Source of the DNA: Naegleria gruberi
Taxonomy: Eukaryota
Length of the DNA stretch: 64,000 bases
Reading direction: 5' to 3' (one strand)
Assembly (NCBI GenBank): GCA_000004985.1
Contig: GG738845.1
In this document: positions 1 to 10,246 of the stretch, in pieces
Numbering within the stretch: the stretch's first letter is position 1
Layout: the number at the start of each line of letters is the position of its first letter
Made by a program: the position numbers and the translations under genes
Notes under the pieces: model-generated
Database searches by the model: none
What the model was told of the DNA's origin: nothing
The model's input: only the letters and a program-made list of their open reading frames with translations

Positions 1-1
1 A

Positions 2-1684
2 TTGGAAAGATTATTGTACAGAGATAGATCAAGAAAGGAAACTCTTGTAGTTGCATTGCTTCCTACAAGAGAATTGGCAGCTCAGTGTTACGAAGATTGC
101 AGCCATTTTTTACAATATACAGATATTAGATGTTGCTTAATTACGGGAGGAAACCTTAAAATCCAAAAACAAATTCAAGTTTTGCAATCAAAGCCAGAAA
201 TTATTATTGCAACACCGGGAAGAGTTGTGGATCACTTACTCAACTCTCCAAACTTCCGTCTTGATGAAGTTGAAGTACTAATCTTGGATGAAGCTGACAG
301 ATTACTGGAATTAGGTTTTGAACCTCAAATCAAAACAATCTTGGATCACATTCCAACAGCAAGACAAACAATGTTATTCTCAGCAACAATGACAGATGAC
401 ATTGAACAATTAGTGAAACTCTCATTAAAGAATCCAATCAGAGTTTCTTGCGATTCAAGAACAGGTGTTGCAAGTGGATTGACTCAAGAGTTTATCAAAC
501 TTGCTGATGATGAAAATATTATCATGAAGCAAGCTATATTACTTTCCTTGTGTACAAGATCTTTCCCAAGTGAAGTAATAATATTTTGTAACACAAAATC
601 TATGGTAAGAAAACTGAAAATGTTATTATTTTTGAAAGGACTAAAAGTGTCTGAACTTAGCTCATCTCTTACACAAGCTGTTAGATTGAAGGAATTATAT
701 AAATTTGCCAGCCATGAAACAGACTTTTTAGTGTGTACAGATGTTGCCTCTAGAGGTTTGGATATTAAAGGCGTAAAGACAGTTATCAATTTTGATATGC
801 CTCTAAATTTGAAAACCTATATTCACAGAGTAGGTCGTACAGCTCGTGCTGGTGCATCAGGTGTTGCTGTTTCAATGAGTAGTGAAAGTAGCATTGCTAT
901 CTTGAGAAAAATTGTTCGCCACTCAAAGAAAAAGGGACAATCAGTACAACAAAGAGTAATACCGACAGAATCTATAGAATTTTGGACAGATAAAATTGAA
1001 GAAATGAAACCACAACTCAAAGAATTAGAACAGCAATTAAGAATGGAAGAAGAAATGCAACAGGCTGAAATGTTAGCTGCCAAGAATGAAAATATCGAAG
1101 AGTTTAGAGAGGATATTATGAGTAGACCTAGAAAGGAATGGATCATGTCTAAGGCTCAGAGAGAAGAATTGAATGAAAAGGCAAAAGCCCAAATGGTTGA
1201 ACAAGATGAACCAACAAAGAAGAAACGTAAATTAGATCCTGAGGAATATGAAAACGAAGAAGAAATGTTAGCTAAACAACCTGCTGTTGAATATATGGAT
1301 TATCTGGAAAAGAAACCTGTTGATAAAAAGAAGAAAAAGAAGGAATCTTTTAAGAGGGAAATGAAGGAAATGGGCATCAAGAACTGGGATTCATATGTAA
1401 GAAAATCTGGAAAGCAAGCAAAACTCATCCACAAACTTAAGCGTAATCATATTGAGTCTGATTTGATCCATAAGGATAAAAAGGAAAAAATCATGCAACA
1501 AAAAGAAAAGAGAAAGGCAAAACTTGCCTTTAAGGAAAAGAAAAAAGCAAAGGTTGAACGAATCAAGCAACAAAGAGGAGCCCAAGACAAAAAATCAGAG
1601 AAAAGAGCTGCTGATGCTTTCAAAAAGACTAAGAAACAATCTCACTCAGGTTTCAAGAGCTCTAAGAAATATAAGAGAAGATAA
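2..1684 (+). CDS. DEAD-box ATP-dependent RNA helicase, DDX27/Drs1-like (ribosome biogenesis); 5' end lies upstream of window
   Basis: ORF open from window edge. Motifs Ia PTRELA, Ib TPGR, II DEAD (LDEADRLLE), III SAT, V ARGLD, VI HRVGRTARAG. Lys-rich C-terminal tail typical of nucleolar DEAD-box proteins. Stop TAA at 1682-1684. Confidence 0.75.
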   Translation: MERLLYRDRSRKETLVVALLPTRELAAQCYEDCSHFLQYTDIRCCLITGGNLKIQKQIQVLQSKPEIIIATPGRVVDHLLNSPNFRLDEVEVLILDEADRLLELGFEPQIKTILDHIPTARQTMLFSATMTDDIEQLVKLSLKNPIRVSCDSRTGVASGLTQEFIKLADDENIIMKQAILLSLCTRSFPSEVIIFCNTKSMVRKLKMLLFLKGLKVSELSSSLTQAVRLKELYKFASHETDFLVCTDVASRGLDIKGVKTVINFDMPLNLKTYIHRVGRTARAGASGVAVSMSSESSIAILRKIVRHSKKKGQSVQQRVIPTESIEFWTDKIEEMKPQLKELEQQLRMEEEMQQAEMLAAKNENIEEFREDIMSRPRKEWIMSKAQREELNEKAKAQMVEQDEPTKKKRKLDPEEYENEEEMLAKQPAVEYMDYLEKKPVDKKKKKKESFKREMKEMGIKNWDSYVRKSGKQAKLIHKLKRNHIESDLIHKDKKEKIMQQKEKRKAKLAFKEKKKAKVERIKQQRGAQDKKSEKRAADAFKKTKKQSHSGFKSSKKYKRR

Positions 1685-1708
1685 TACCCATTTTTTAAAG
1701 TAAAAATT

Positions 1709-3884
1709 TTAGTTACTAAGGGGTCTTATCAAATTGAGCAATGTTTTCACAGAATTAATTGTGAGTATGTTACAATCCTGTACTCGTGTTAGAAGACTGT
1801 TATCTTGAAACCTCTCTTGCATGGCTAGAATTAAATTGTAGTGAGTTTGGTATTTTTCAACTGTTGCCAAGTTTACACTCTCACTTTCATTTACTTGCAT
1901 TGGTTGAGTATTCGAGATGTAACCACATTTTTCTTTTTGATATTTCAAAAAATCCCATGCATTCTCTTGATTAAAGTTTTTGCTCTTTACATATTCATCA
2001 ACTATTGATAAAGTAGCCACCTCAACGTCACTAATAATCTTTGGTCTAGATTCTGTCAAAGTATTCTGAATTCTAAATAAACCAAAGTCTCTCTTTACAG
2101 ATGGATGGAAATTCCATTTTGTACCAGAAATTGCAACCATCAAACAAACATGGGCCATCCCCTCATAAGCATGTTTTTCCATGTTTTGACTTTTTTCTGA
2201 CTCTTTTTCTTCTTCGAACTTGAAAATTAAATTAATTCCAATTTTTGAAAGATTTGATAATAATTTTGAAGGATTAACCCATGTTTTTGTTATTTCTGCC
2301 AAAGAATCACTAAATGGAGAAAGGAGCTTACATTTATCCTTATTGATAAGGATAGTAATTTCCTCTATTGACTTAAACCCACTGTCTTGGTAATAATGTC
2401 TTGGACTAATTTTCAAAACAACAGCATCTCTCCCAAGAGAAGGAATAGGGAACAGTGTCCAATTTTCGAATGGCTTATCAAGATGTTTGTTCTTAATTGT
2501 TGTTAGAAATACATAATTTTTAAAACTTACATATACAACAGCTAGAGGACAGGTCAAATGGCTTGTTAAAAACCCTATTGTCTTTGACTCCAAGTCATAA
2601 AAAGTGTTTGCAATACCATCTGTTGACCAAATCTTTTCCTTTTCGTTCCACCATGCAATTGTTGGTTTATCTGACCTGAGCATGATGTTAGGAAGTGGAA
2701 TAACAACCTTGGCTGGTGGTCCCTCCACTTCTTGGTTTTCATTGTTGGTAATGGAATAAGCCTTTCGTTTGACATGGGTAGATAACTCTGTTATTTGTCT
2801 TATTTTCCATTCTTCGCAAGTGTTCACAATTGGTGGGATATGCACTATATCGATGGAAAAAACTCCTCCAATTACAATAAAGTTTTGAGGATGTGAAGAA
2901 GTAGAAGAATAAATGTCTTCCTTCAAGTACATTGCTCTAATTGCTATTTCTTGATATCCCATTCCTTTAATAGCCAATTCTACAATAACATTTAATTCGG
3001 GATATTCCACAAAACGAGTACTATTGGTAAAATGAATGTTATTGAGATATTAAAAAAATTACGTACAGATTTTTGGAAATATTGGTCCAAATGCCATACT
3101 TGATAAAAGGATGTACCTTTTGGTATTGGTCATTCTCAGAGGAAAGATACTTATCAAAATATTGCATAATATGAGCAGTAGCGTCATCCATTGTTTGAAC
3201 TATACAATTTGAAAGATAGTTCAAGTATTTTGTACAATGGGTTTCAAGATCTTTCTTGCTTTGTGCAATTGATTCGACTAATAAATATTCTATTTCATTC
3301 ATAACTTTACACCCTTCAACTACCATTGCAAAATCCTCGTTAATATTTCGTATTTCTTTTTTCAAAGCAAGCTCATTTAGATCACGCCATGAAGAAATAA
3401 AATTATTCATATCAACATCGTCATCAAGCTTTGGAAGATTTTCACAATTCACAAATTTGTTCCATTCGTCCTCTTCTTTAGCAACTATCATGAGAGTATG
3501 AAGCTTCTCTTTAAAGGAAGGGATAACTTCACTATCAAAAGATCCCTTTTCCTCATCCAATCTTTTTTTTTCCTCCTCTGCCTTCTTCCTTCTTTCCTCA
3601 TTAATTTTTCTCTCCTCTTCTTCCTTTCTTTTTCTTTCTTCTTCTTCCTCTTTCCTTATCCTTTCTTCCTCTTCTTTTCTTTGTTTTTCCTCTTCCTCCT
3701 TTTTCTTTTGTTCAAGTACTTTTTTTTGTTTAGCTGTTAGCTTTTCGCCTTTTTCTCCTTTTTCAGCCTTAGTTGATTTAGAGGATGATGGCTTGGACGG
3801 AGCCGATTGGTTTTTGGTTGGAGAGGCAGTTGTACTACTTTGTGTTTTTGCGCTTGTTGGTGGTTTAGGCGTGTTTCCTGGCAT
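1709..3884 (-). CDS. CASC1/IC97 (DNAI7)-like axonemal inner-arm dynein associated protein; 2 exons 3884..3067 and 3020..1709, about 709 aa
   Basis: ATG at 3884. N-terminal K/E-rich region then DEWNKFVNCENLPKLDDDVDMNNFISSWRD, collinear with the human CASC1 N-domain ([29 protein letters not shown]). A 46-nt intron (GTACGT...CAATAG, plus 3021-3066) joins the 281-aa ORF in phase 2 to the 433-aa ORF, which begins at GTG (not a real start). Total length matches human CASC1 (716 aa). Confidence 0.65.
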
Positions 3885-3900
3885 TTTTTTGATTTAACTT

Positions 3901-3914
3901 TTTGCCGCCCAAAA
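3901..3914 (-). promoter_or_regulatory. Palindromic-type GC box TTTGCCGCCCAAAA (reverse complement TTTTGGGCGGCAAA) 17-30 nt upstream of CASC1-like ATG (3884, minus strand)
   Basis: Variant of the E2F-like element; same 12-mer core as the 9511-9524 copy. Confidence 0.4.
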
Positions 3915-4011
3915 CTACAGCCCCTCCACTAAATTTTTGTAATTGTGTATTTATAATTCATTTGACATGTTTTGCATTGCTGTCTGACACCATCAACTAA
4001 TTACATTAAAT

Positions 4012-5985
4012 TTATTTTTGAGGTTTTCGATTGTCTTTTGTTTTTAGACCGGCCCTCTTTTTTGCTTGCTCGTTGAAAATATCCTCATACACAGGGATAG
4101 TATCCAAGGAATAGGATTCTGCTCTTACACTGATTTTGTTCGAGTAACTATTTCTATAAGATGAAACATCTTCGTCCTTTTCAACCTCAAACCCTTCATA
4201 AACATCGTTAAGGAATTCTTCCAACTCCTCGTTTGGTTCATCAAGAGTGTGTAATTTACGTTGCTGAACTTGGGCCAAAATATCCATTTCCACATCATTA
4301 CTCTCGGTTCTGGCAAGAAACATTGGTTCTTGTTGCTTCTTTTTCTTCAATCCTTTTACGATATTGCCACAATAAACTTCCTTGGCTTTGTATGTTAAGT
4401 GACTGCTAGTGTCTTCTTCTTCCAATTGTTGATTTGATGAGAAAGGATGAGACGGCTTTCCCCTGTCACTTGATGCTGTCATTGGTCTGCCCCCTACTGA
4501 GCTTGTTGTTGTTGGTCTTATCATAGATGAAGTTGTTGGTCTCATTTGAGATGTGGATGGTCTGAGACCAATTCTACTCTTTGACATGCTCCTAAATATG
4601 GAGGAAGAAGATGTGGAAGGTCTCCTAAAGAAGGAAGCAGATTGTGGTCTGCCTCCATCTAATCTTGGAGTTGATGTTGTTATATTTCGTATCATGTTAT
4701 TATCTGCAGGGTTATAAAGACGATTGCTAATTGTCAGAATTAAGGGGTTATCATTAAGGGTTTCATCCAAGGACTCCATTCTTGTAAATTTGATAGATTT
4801 TTTCAGCATTTCAAATTCATTTTCTAATTCCTCTAAAGAAGGGGTTTGCCCATCTTTTTTAATAGGACTAATACCTCTGTCGTCCATTTCATCCTCAATC
4901 AATGGTGAATCATCTAAATACTCCAATGTTTGGAGAGTACTCTTAACCATAGACCTATATCCAATCATTTTAACAACCAGTGGGTTACCTGATAAAGTTA
5001 AACTTGTTAGATGCTTGCAATCAGAAAGATAAATTAACTGTAACTCATCTTCAATATTATTTCCTTCCAAATCCAATACTTCCAATTCTTCCATTCCCGA
5101 TAGATCGGAAATGTCTTCAATGTCATTATAAGAAAGATATAATTCCTTCAATCGAGAGAATGTTGATATTCCATCCAATTCCCCAATGCCACATCTCGAT
5201 AACCATAAAATTCTTACAAACTTTAAACTTGTTCCAAGATCTCTTATGGAGGGAATTGTGCTTCCATTTAGTTTTAACTCTTCTAAATTGGGCAATTTGG
5301 AGCCAACATCACCAAGTGAATTTTTGGTTGTATTTACAATAATTTCGAGATGTTTTACATTGTTAAGGTTATCCTCGCCAGTTGCTGCCTTGAGCTTTGA
5401 CTCTGATAAGTACTCCTCCAGAGCTAGAAGATTAGGGTCAATTTCTTCAGAAGGTAACTCATTCAAATCAAAGGAAACAATAGATTTGACAAGACCAAGA
5501 GGAAGACTTGTACTAGGTATTGGTTTTAAATCATCGACTTCTGAGGTTCCTCTATACTCCACCCTCGCCTCTGTTTGTTTCCTTATGAACTCATCATCTT
5601 CATCGTCACCGTCGTTACTTAAAAGTGATGACACACTTTCTTCGGAAGGAGTTTCTATACTTTCATTGTCATCATACTTTTCATTGTCCTCTTTCTTTTT
5701 GATTTTTTTGCTATTCTTTGGGTTGCCCAAAACACTAACCATCTTTTTGTTTTCGATTGAGCCAGAACGTTTTGGCAAAATTGGATTTAGAGGCTCCACA
5801 ACTTTTTGTCTGACTGGTTTGCTTTGTAAGTCATCCTGAAGAGTTGTTCCCATATGTTTTAAAAGTCTATTTCTCGTAAAAGATGAAGCTGATTTTGTTT
5901 GTTCCACAGAAAAATCAGAATGAATAACTTTACTGCCTCCTTCAAACTCCTTCCGATAGGAAGACTCTAAAGATTTGTTCAACAT
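4012..5985 (-). CDS. Leucine-rich repeat protein, SDS22-type LRRs plus LRRcap (DNAAF1/LRRC56/LRRC6-like); disordered N- and S/T/R-rich C-terminal regions
   Basis: 657-aa ORF, ATG at 5985. Central LxxLxLxxNxIxxI repeats (LEELKLNGSTI...LKELYLSYNDIEDISDL...LEVLDLEGNNIED) followed by GNPLVVKMIGYRSMVKSTLQTLEYLDD, which resembles the LRRcap of DNAAF1 (GNPVIRQIPNYRRTV...LTYLDD). Confidence 0.6.
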   Translation of the reverse strand: MLNKSLESSYRKEFEGGSKVIHSDFSVEQTKSASSFTRNRLLKHMGTTLQDDLQSKPVRQKVVEPLNPILPKRSGSIENKKMVSVLGNPKNSKKIKKKEDNEKYDDNESIETPSEESVSSLLSNDGDDEDDEFIRKQTEARVEYRGTSEVDDLKPIPSTSLPLGLVKSIVSFDLNELPSEEIDPNLLALEEYLSESKLKAATGEDNLNNVKHLEIIVNTTKNSLGDVGSKLPNLEELKLNGSTIPSIRDLGTSLKFVRILWLSRCGIGELDGISTFSRLKELYLSYNDIEDISDLSGMEELEVLDLEGNNIEDELQLIYLSDCKHLTSLTLSGNPLVVKMIGYRSMVKSTLQTLEYLDDSPLIEDEMDDRGISPIKKDGQTPSLEELENEFEMLKKSIKFTRMESLDETLNDNPLILTISNRLYNPADNNMIRNITTSTPRLDGGRPQSASFFRRPSTSSSSIFRSMSKSRIGLRPSTSQMRPTTSSMIRPTTTSSVGGRPMTASSDRGKPSHPFSSNQQLEEEDTSSHLTYKAKEVYCGNIVKGLKKKKQQEPMFLARTESNDVEMDILAQVQQRKLHTLDEPNEELEEFLNDVYEGFEVEKDEDVSSYRNSYSNKISVRAESYSLDTIPVYEDIFNEQAKKRAGLKTKDNRKPQK

Positions 5986-6106
5986 CCAATTTAATTTGAT
6001 TTTTAAAAATGCTGAAGATTAAGATGTGTTGATGTTGTACTGGGTTAGGAGATTGCTGATGTGAGTTGTATGGTCAATTTTTTTTGTTTTTAAAAAAAAG
6101 TACAAG

Positions 6107-6119
6107 AAAAGGCGGGAAG
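6107..6119 (+). promoter_or_regulatory. GC box AAAAGGCGGGAAG about 125 nt upstream of the LRR-protein gene (minus-strand ATG at 5985)
   Basis: Same GGCGGGAA core; it is the only GC-rich element in the 253-nt spacer. Confidence 0.4.
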
Positions 6120-6238
6120 AAATACTATGAACCTGATTTGTACAATCTAAAAAATATTTAATATTTAAAATTAAAATTATTATTTTTAATTAACGTTACA
6201 ATTTAATTAACAAATCCTACGCTCCTATTTAAACAAAA

Positions 6239-6994
6239 TTATTCATCCTTATCGGAGGTTGGAGTCATTGTTTTTTGTTGTTCTTGGACTTGTTGTTGGA
6301 GCTTCTTCTTGACATCAGTTGGAAGACCCTTCTTCTTCTTGGAAGACTTCTTAGCAGAACCACCCTTAGCAAGGTTAGCAACTTCCATCAATTCCTTTCC
6401 TTCATTCAAATACCAGAAATAAGCATATTGAGCAGTGAAAATCAACAACCACAACATGTATGGAGTATTGATATAACCTGCAAATTTCAAAATACTATTG
6501 AATTGACTTGTAGTGAACATGGAAACACCAATCAAGGTGATAAGGTTCAACAAGGCCAAACTCAAATCTTGAACCCACCATAAAGAAACTGAAAAGAGAA
6601 CATTAACAACCAAGTGCAAAGCATAAACAGTCAAAGCTCTGTTCCAAGTTTGTCCACCGTGAACATATGACAACCAAGAACCAATAGCCAATGGAATATA
6701 CAAAGCAATCCAAATATTGAAAATAAGAGATTCTGAGAAATAGTATTTTCCTTTTTCCAAATCCTTATACCACTTTGACTTGATGCCCTTGTTTCTGGCA
6801 AACCAAAAGATTCCAGCAGCGACGGCAACAGCAGCTAAACTCAAAACAAGTGCAAAGAAGTTTTCAGAAATAGCTTCAGGAGTAATATACCATTGATCTG
6901 GTTGGAAGAGGTATTCCCATGATACATCAGGTTGTTGGGTGAGCAAATCTTCTGGGATTGTTGGATCGAAACTGGAAAAGTCTTCAGCCTCCAT
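6239..6994 (-). CDS. TspO/MBR-family five-helix membrane protein with N-terminal extension and Lys-rich C-terminal tail
   Basis: 251 aa; five hydrophobic helices. WY..L.K after helix 1; helix 5 NTPYMLWLLIFTAQYAYFWYLN matches the TspO PYL.W..FA..LN pattern; helix 3 LxxNxLFSVSLWW. ATG at 6994. Confidence 0.5.
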   Translation of the reverse strand: MEAEDFSSFDPTIPEDLLTQQPDVSWEYLFQPDQWYITPEAISENFFALVLSLAAVAVAAGIFWFARNKGIKSKWYKDLEKGKYYFSESLIFNIWIALYIPLAIGSWLSYVHGGQTWNRALTVYALHLVVNVLFSVSLWWVQDLSLALLNLITLIGVSMFTTSQFNSILKFAGYINTPYMLWLLIFTAQYAYFWYLNEGKELMEVANLAKGGSAKKSSKKKKGLPTDVKKKLQQQVQEQQKTMTPTSDKDE

Positions 6995-7200
6995 TTTATA
7001 TGATAAATATGATGATGATTTTTTTTTAAAATTTTAAATAAAATTGTTGGGGTTGTGTGCAAGAAGAGAGCGTGTTGAGATGATGACTCACGCAGGAAAG
7101 AGCAAGCCAGCACAGGTTTACAAATTCGCATTTTTGACAACGCATTAAAACAAGTGGCCAGTTAACCAAAGATTAACAAACATTTAAAAGAATATCAGAT

Positions 7201-9453
7201 TTATTTTGTACCTCTGTAGAACGTGTTTAACTCATCTTGAATCCTTTCTCTGTCCATATCCATTTGTTGAAGTAATACCTGAAGTCTCTGTATTTCATGT
7301 TTCAAATTTTTTTCTCTTTGTCTCAGTCTTGTTTGGGTTTCACTTTCTGTTAACAGTTGTTGTTCTTTCTCCTCTATCTTCCTTCTCATTTGTTTGAATT
7401 CTTGTTCCATATCAAATATTTTCTTCTCTAAGTCAGGGCTTCTCTTTTGTTGTTCCATTGTTAGAGATTTTGAAAGTTGATTATTCTTTGAAAGAGTATC
7501 ATTTAGTTGAAGTTTTAAATGTTCATTTTCTGCTTGGAGTATTCCTGTTTGCCTTCTCATGTTGGAATTCATATCTTGTAAATCAATAACTACATGTTGT
7601 GCAGTGGAAAGGTTTTTCAACATCTTCTCCTTCTCCTTATCAAATTCAACAAGAGCAATGGATTTTGAGTGAAGTTGGTCTGATAATTGGTCAATTTGTT
7701 GTTGGGATGATTTCAGTTTCATTATGAGGTGCTGATTTTCGTCATCTAAGTTTTTGGCTCTTGATGAAAGGTGTGCCAGCTCATTTGTTTTAAGTTCTAA
7801 CCTTGTTCTTGAATCTCCTAATTCTCTACTTAGCTCTTCAAATTTGTCTTTCAATGCGAGGTGATCCCTATTCAGAGATTTGTAATTGAACATTATGTCT
7901 TCAAACTCTCTATCCTTAATTTTTAATCTGTGCTCCATATCAATACAAACAGAAAACTTTTCCTCGAGTTTTTGTTTCATCTTGTCCATTTCTTCCACAG
8001 TTTTGTTTAGTTGTGTATGTAAAAATTGATTTTCTCCAGTTATTTGCTTTAAATCTTCTCCTGCATGCTCAATTTCCTTCGATTTGAATTCAAAGTCGTT
8101 CTTGAGTTTTGTGTACTCTTTTTGTATTATTTCCAGTTGCTCCTTTTGATTGGTAAGTAATCGGTCCTTTTCTTTTAGTTGCTGTAATTGTTGTTGAATT
8201 CCAAGTTCGATTTGATTCGATTTAGTTTTGATTTCCAAAAGTTCCTTGCCCAGCTCTGAATTCTTTTTTTCCAAAAAGGAAAGCCTTTCATCTTTTTCGT
8301 CTAATTCTGTACTCATAGCATCCTTGTTAGAGTCAATCTCCTTAATAATATTTCTTAGATTGTTTAAATGATTATCTTGGTCAAGTATTGTTTTTTCAAG
8401 ATTTGAAATCTTCACTTTGAACTCTTGTTCATTTACCAATTTTTCATGACTTCTATTATTCAACTTTTCAATTTCTTGTTGTAAAACTTCTATTCTTGAA
8501 CTTAAATGTTTGGATAAAGTTGTTAATTTGGAAACATCTCCTTCTTTTTGATATAAAATCTGTTGAGATTGATTAAGTTTATCCTTAAGGGATTGAACTA
8601 TTTCTTCATGTTGGCGGTTATGTTTGTTGAGATCAATAAATGATCTCTTAGTTTCACCCAAGTCGCGCATCAATTCATTCCTTTCTTTGGTAATAATAGT
8701 TAATTGTTGTTTCATATCCTTGTTTTCCTTTTGTAATTGTTCAAATCTCTCATGCTCTGCAGAAATATCACGAGCGGTATCTAATTGTTGCTGTAAAAAT
8801 TCGATTTGTTCTGTAAGGTTTTGTATTGTATTAACACTATTAGAATATTCCCTTTCAGATTTGATTACATCAACGGTTTTACCTCCTCTTTCGTTAACTA
8901 ATTTTGTTAATCTGTCTATTTCTCTTAAAAGTCTGTCATTTTCTTGTGTTAAAACATCTATTTTGGATTCTTTTAAATGGGATACAGTTTTTTTCAGTGT
9001 TTCGTTTTCATTTCTTAATTGATCATTTTGTATTTCTGTCATTTTCATTACATCCAACATTTGAGTTTTAAGACTGGATTGAAAAGGTTGGATTTCCAAT
9101 TGTTTAAGGTATTCGGAAAAAGAAGATTCAATCCTTTCTCTTCGATAGGCAGAGTCGGTTTCCTTGTTTGATGTTCCTGAATGGGAGAACCAAACATTTG
9201 TTTTTGACATATAATTTTCAAGTCTCTCTTTTACCTCCTCAACAGAATGTTCCATCTCCTGATTTCTTAATTCTAATTGTTGATTTGTATATAATAAAGA
9301 TTGATTTTGTTGAGAAAGCAACCGTATTTGATCAACATATTGAAGTGATTGTTGTTTGAAAGTATCCTCTCTTTTAATCATCATTTGATGAAGCTCATTG
9401 TTTTCTCGGGTGAGCCTCTTCTTATCCTCCATTAGAAGTTTGTATTCATCCAT
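7201..9453 (-). CDS. Long coiled-coil protein (about 750 aa), function unknown; candidate flagellar/basal-body protein
   Basis: Continuous heptad-rich ORF. The first ATG in good aaaaATG context is at 9453 (MDEYKLLMEDKK); the listed ORF begins at an upstream TTG. The promoter carries TTGGGCGGCAAAAG at 9511-9524. Confidence 0.6.
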   Translation of the reverse strand: MDEYKLLMEDKKRLTRENNELHQMMIKREDTFKQQSLQYVDQIRLLSQQNQSLLYTNQQLELRNQEMEHSVEEVKERLENYMSKTNVWFSHSGTSNKETDSAYRRERIESSFSEYLKQLEIQPFQSSLKTQMLDVMKMTEIQNDQLRNENETLKKTVSHLKESKIDVLTQENDRLLREIDRLTKLVNERGGKTVDVIKSEREYSNSVNTIQNLTEQIEFLQQQLDTARDISAEHERFEQLQKENKDMKQQLTIITKERNELMRDLGETKRSFIDLNKHNRQHEEIVQSLKDKLNQSQQILYQKEGDVSKLTTLSKHLSSRIEVLQQEIEKLNNRSHEKLVNEQEFKVKISNLEKTILDQDNHLNNLRNIIKEIDSNKDAMSTELDEKDERLSFLEKKNSELGKELLEIKTKSNQIELGIQQQLQQLKEKDRLLTNQKEQLEIIQKEYTKLKNDFEFKSKEIEHAGEDLKQITGENQFLHTQLNKTVEEMDKMKQKLEEKFSVCIDMEHRLKIKDREFEDIMFNYKSLNRDHLALKDKFEELSRELGDSRTRLELKTNELAHLSSRAKNLDDENQHLIMKLKSSQQQIDQLSDQLHSKSIALVEFDKEKEKMLKNLSTAQHVVIDLQDMNSNMRRQTGILQAENEHLKLQLNDTLSKNNQLSKSLTMEQQKRSPDLEKKIFDMEQEFKQMRRKIEEKEQQLLTESETQTRLRQREKNLKHEIQRLQVLLQQMDMDRERIQDELNTFYRGTK

Positions 9454-9510
9454 TTTTTTGTTGTTGGTGGCGCCATTTGTAATTGTGATTTTGTACAAAA
9501 CATTTAATAA

Positions 9511-9524
9511 TTGGGCGGCAAAAG
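9511..9524 (+). promoter_or_regulatory. Palindromic-type GC box TTGGGCGGCAAAAG about 60 nt upstream of the ATG (9453, minus strand) of the 750-aa coiled-coil gene
   Basis: Shares TTGGGCGGCAAA with the CASC1-like promoter copy. Confidence 0.4.
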
Positions 9525-9654
9525 TTTTACAAATGATTTTTAGATTGTTTATTGAGAAGCAGAATTAGGTGAAGAGCTAATTTGTCAATTAATTCATTCA
9601 TTACTGACAGTATGGGAGTTTCAAGGAAAAATTACAGAGTTGTTGTAGGGTAAG

Positions 9655-10147
9655 TTATTCAAGCTTATCCAAAAGTTGTAAACGGCTCAAAATAACTGGC
9701 TTGGCAGTTTCTTGTATTTCTCCTGCCATGTACATTTCATCAAGGATCATATATACCTGTTGTAATAATTGAAGAATTATATTTTGATGATCATCTGTTT
9801 AGTTAAATAAAAAAGCTTACCTTGTGGAAGTTAAAAACTAAATCCAATTCGCAAACATTTCCAAAGAATTGATCCAAAACTTCTACAAAAAGATGAACAG
9901 ATTCAAGACAAGCAAGATCATTATCATTAACATCAACTCCCATACTAAAGTATAATCCGGCATATCTACGATAAACAACTTTGTATTTACGGAATTCAAC
10001 CATGTTGGTAAATTTTTGGTCTCTTGATGTGATTAAACGATGTACTTCGATTTTTATCTTTTCCTTTTCATCATCCTCGAAGGCTTCATACCATTTGGAG
10101 AGACGAGTTTTACCAGCACGGTTTTGAAGAAGAATAAAGTGGATCAT
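9655..10147 (-). CDS. AP2S1: AP-2 complex sigma subunit (clathrin adaptor small chain), 142 aa; exons 10147..9821 and 9756..9655
   Basis: [20 protein letters not shown]...[14 protein letters not shown] is near-identical to sigma-2 adaptin. A 64-nt intron (GTAAGC...ACAACAG, plus 9757-9820) joins it in phase 0 to [33 protein letters not shown], matching the sigma-2 C-terminus. Total 142 aa, the canonical length. Confidence 0.85.
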
Positions 10148-10246
10148 CTTTCTCGTATTTTTTGTGATTGATTTTTTAAAAAAAATAAAATTAATTTTTA
10201 ATTATTATTTTTGACAAACAACGACAAATAGCCAGATTTATTATTA

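Noticed and set aside
3498-3740. Phe/Leu-rich 80-aa ORF and adjacent 81-aa ORF on the plus strand
   Set aside because: They are antisense mirror images of the GAA/AAG-rich region encoding the K/E-rich N-terminus of the CASC1-like gene; low-complexity artefact.
5186-5839. 217-aa plus-strand ORF inside the LRR-protein gene (similar antisense ORFs at 8624-9022, 14969-15412, 19775-20107, 50093-50620)
   Set aside because: Fully nested antisense to well-supported long genes; biased, low-complexity composition; no start context or motifs.
6995-7200. Possible box C/D snoRNA (GAGATGATGACTCA) in the spacer between the TspO-like and coiled-coil genes
   Set aside because: A C-box-like RUGAUGA is present but no correctly spaced D box (CUGA) or terminal stem could be found on either strand.
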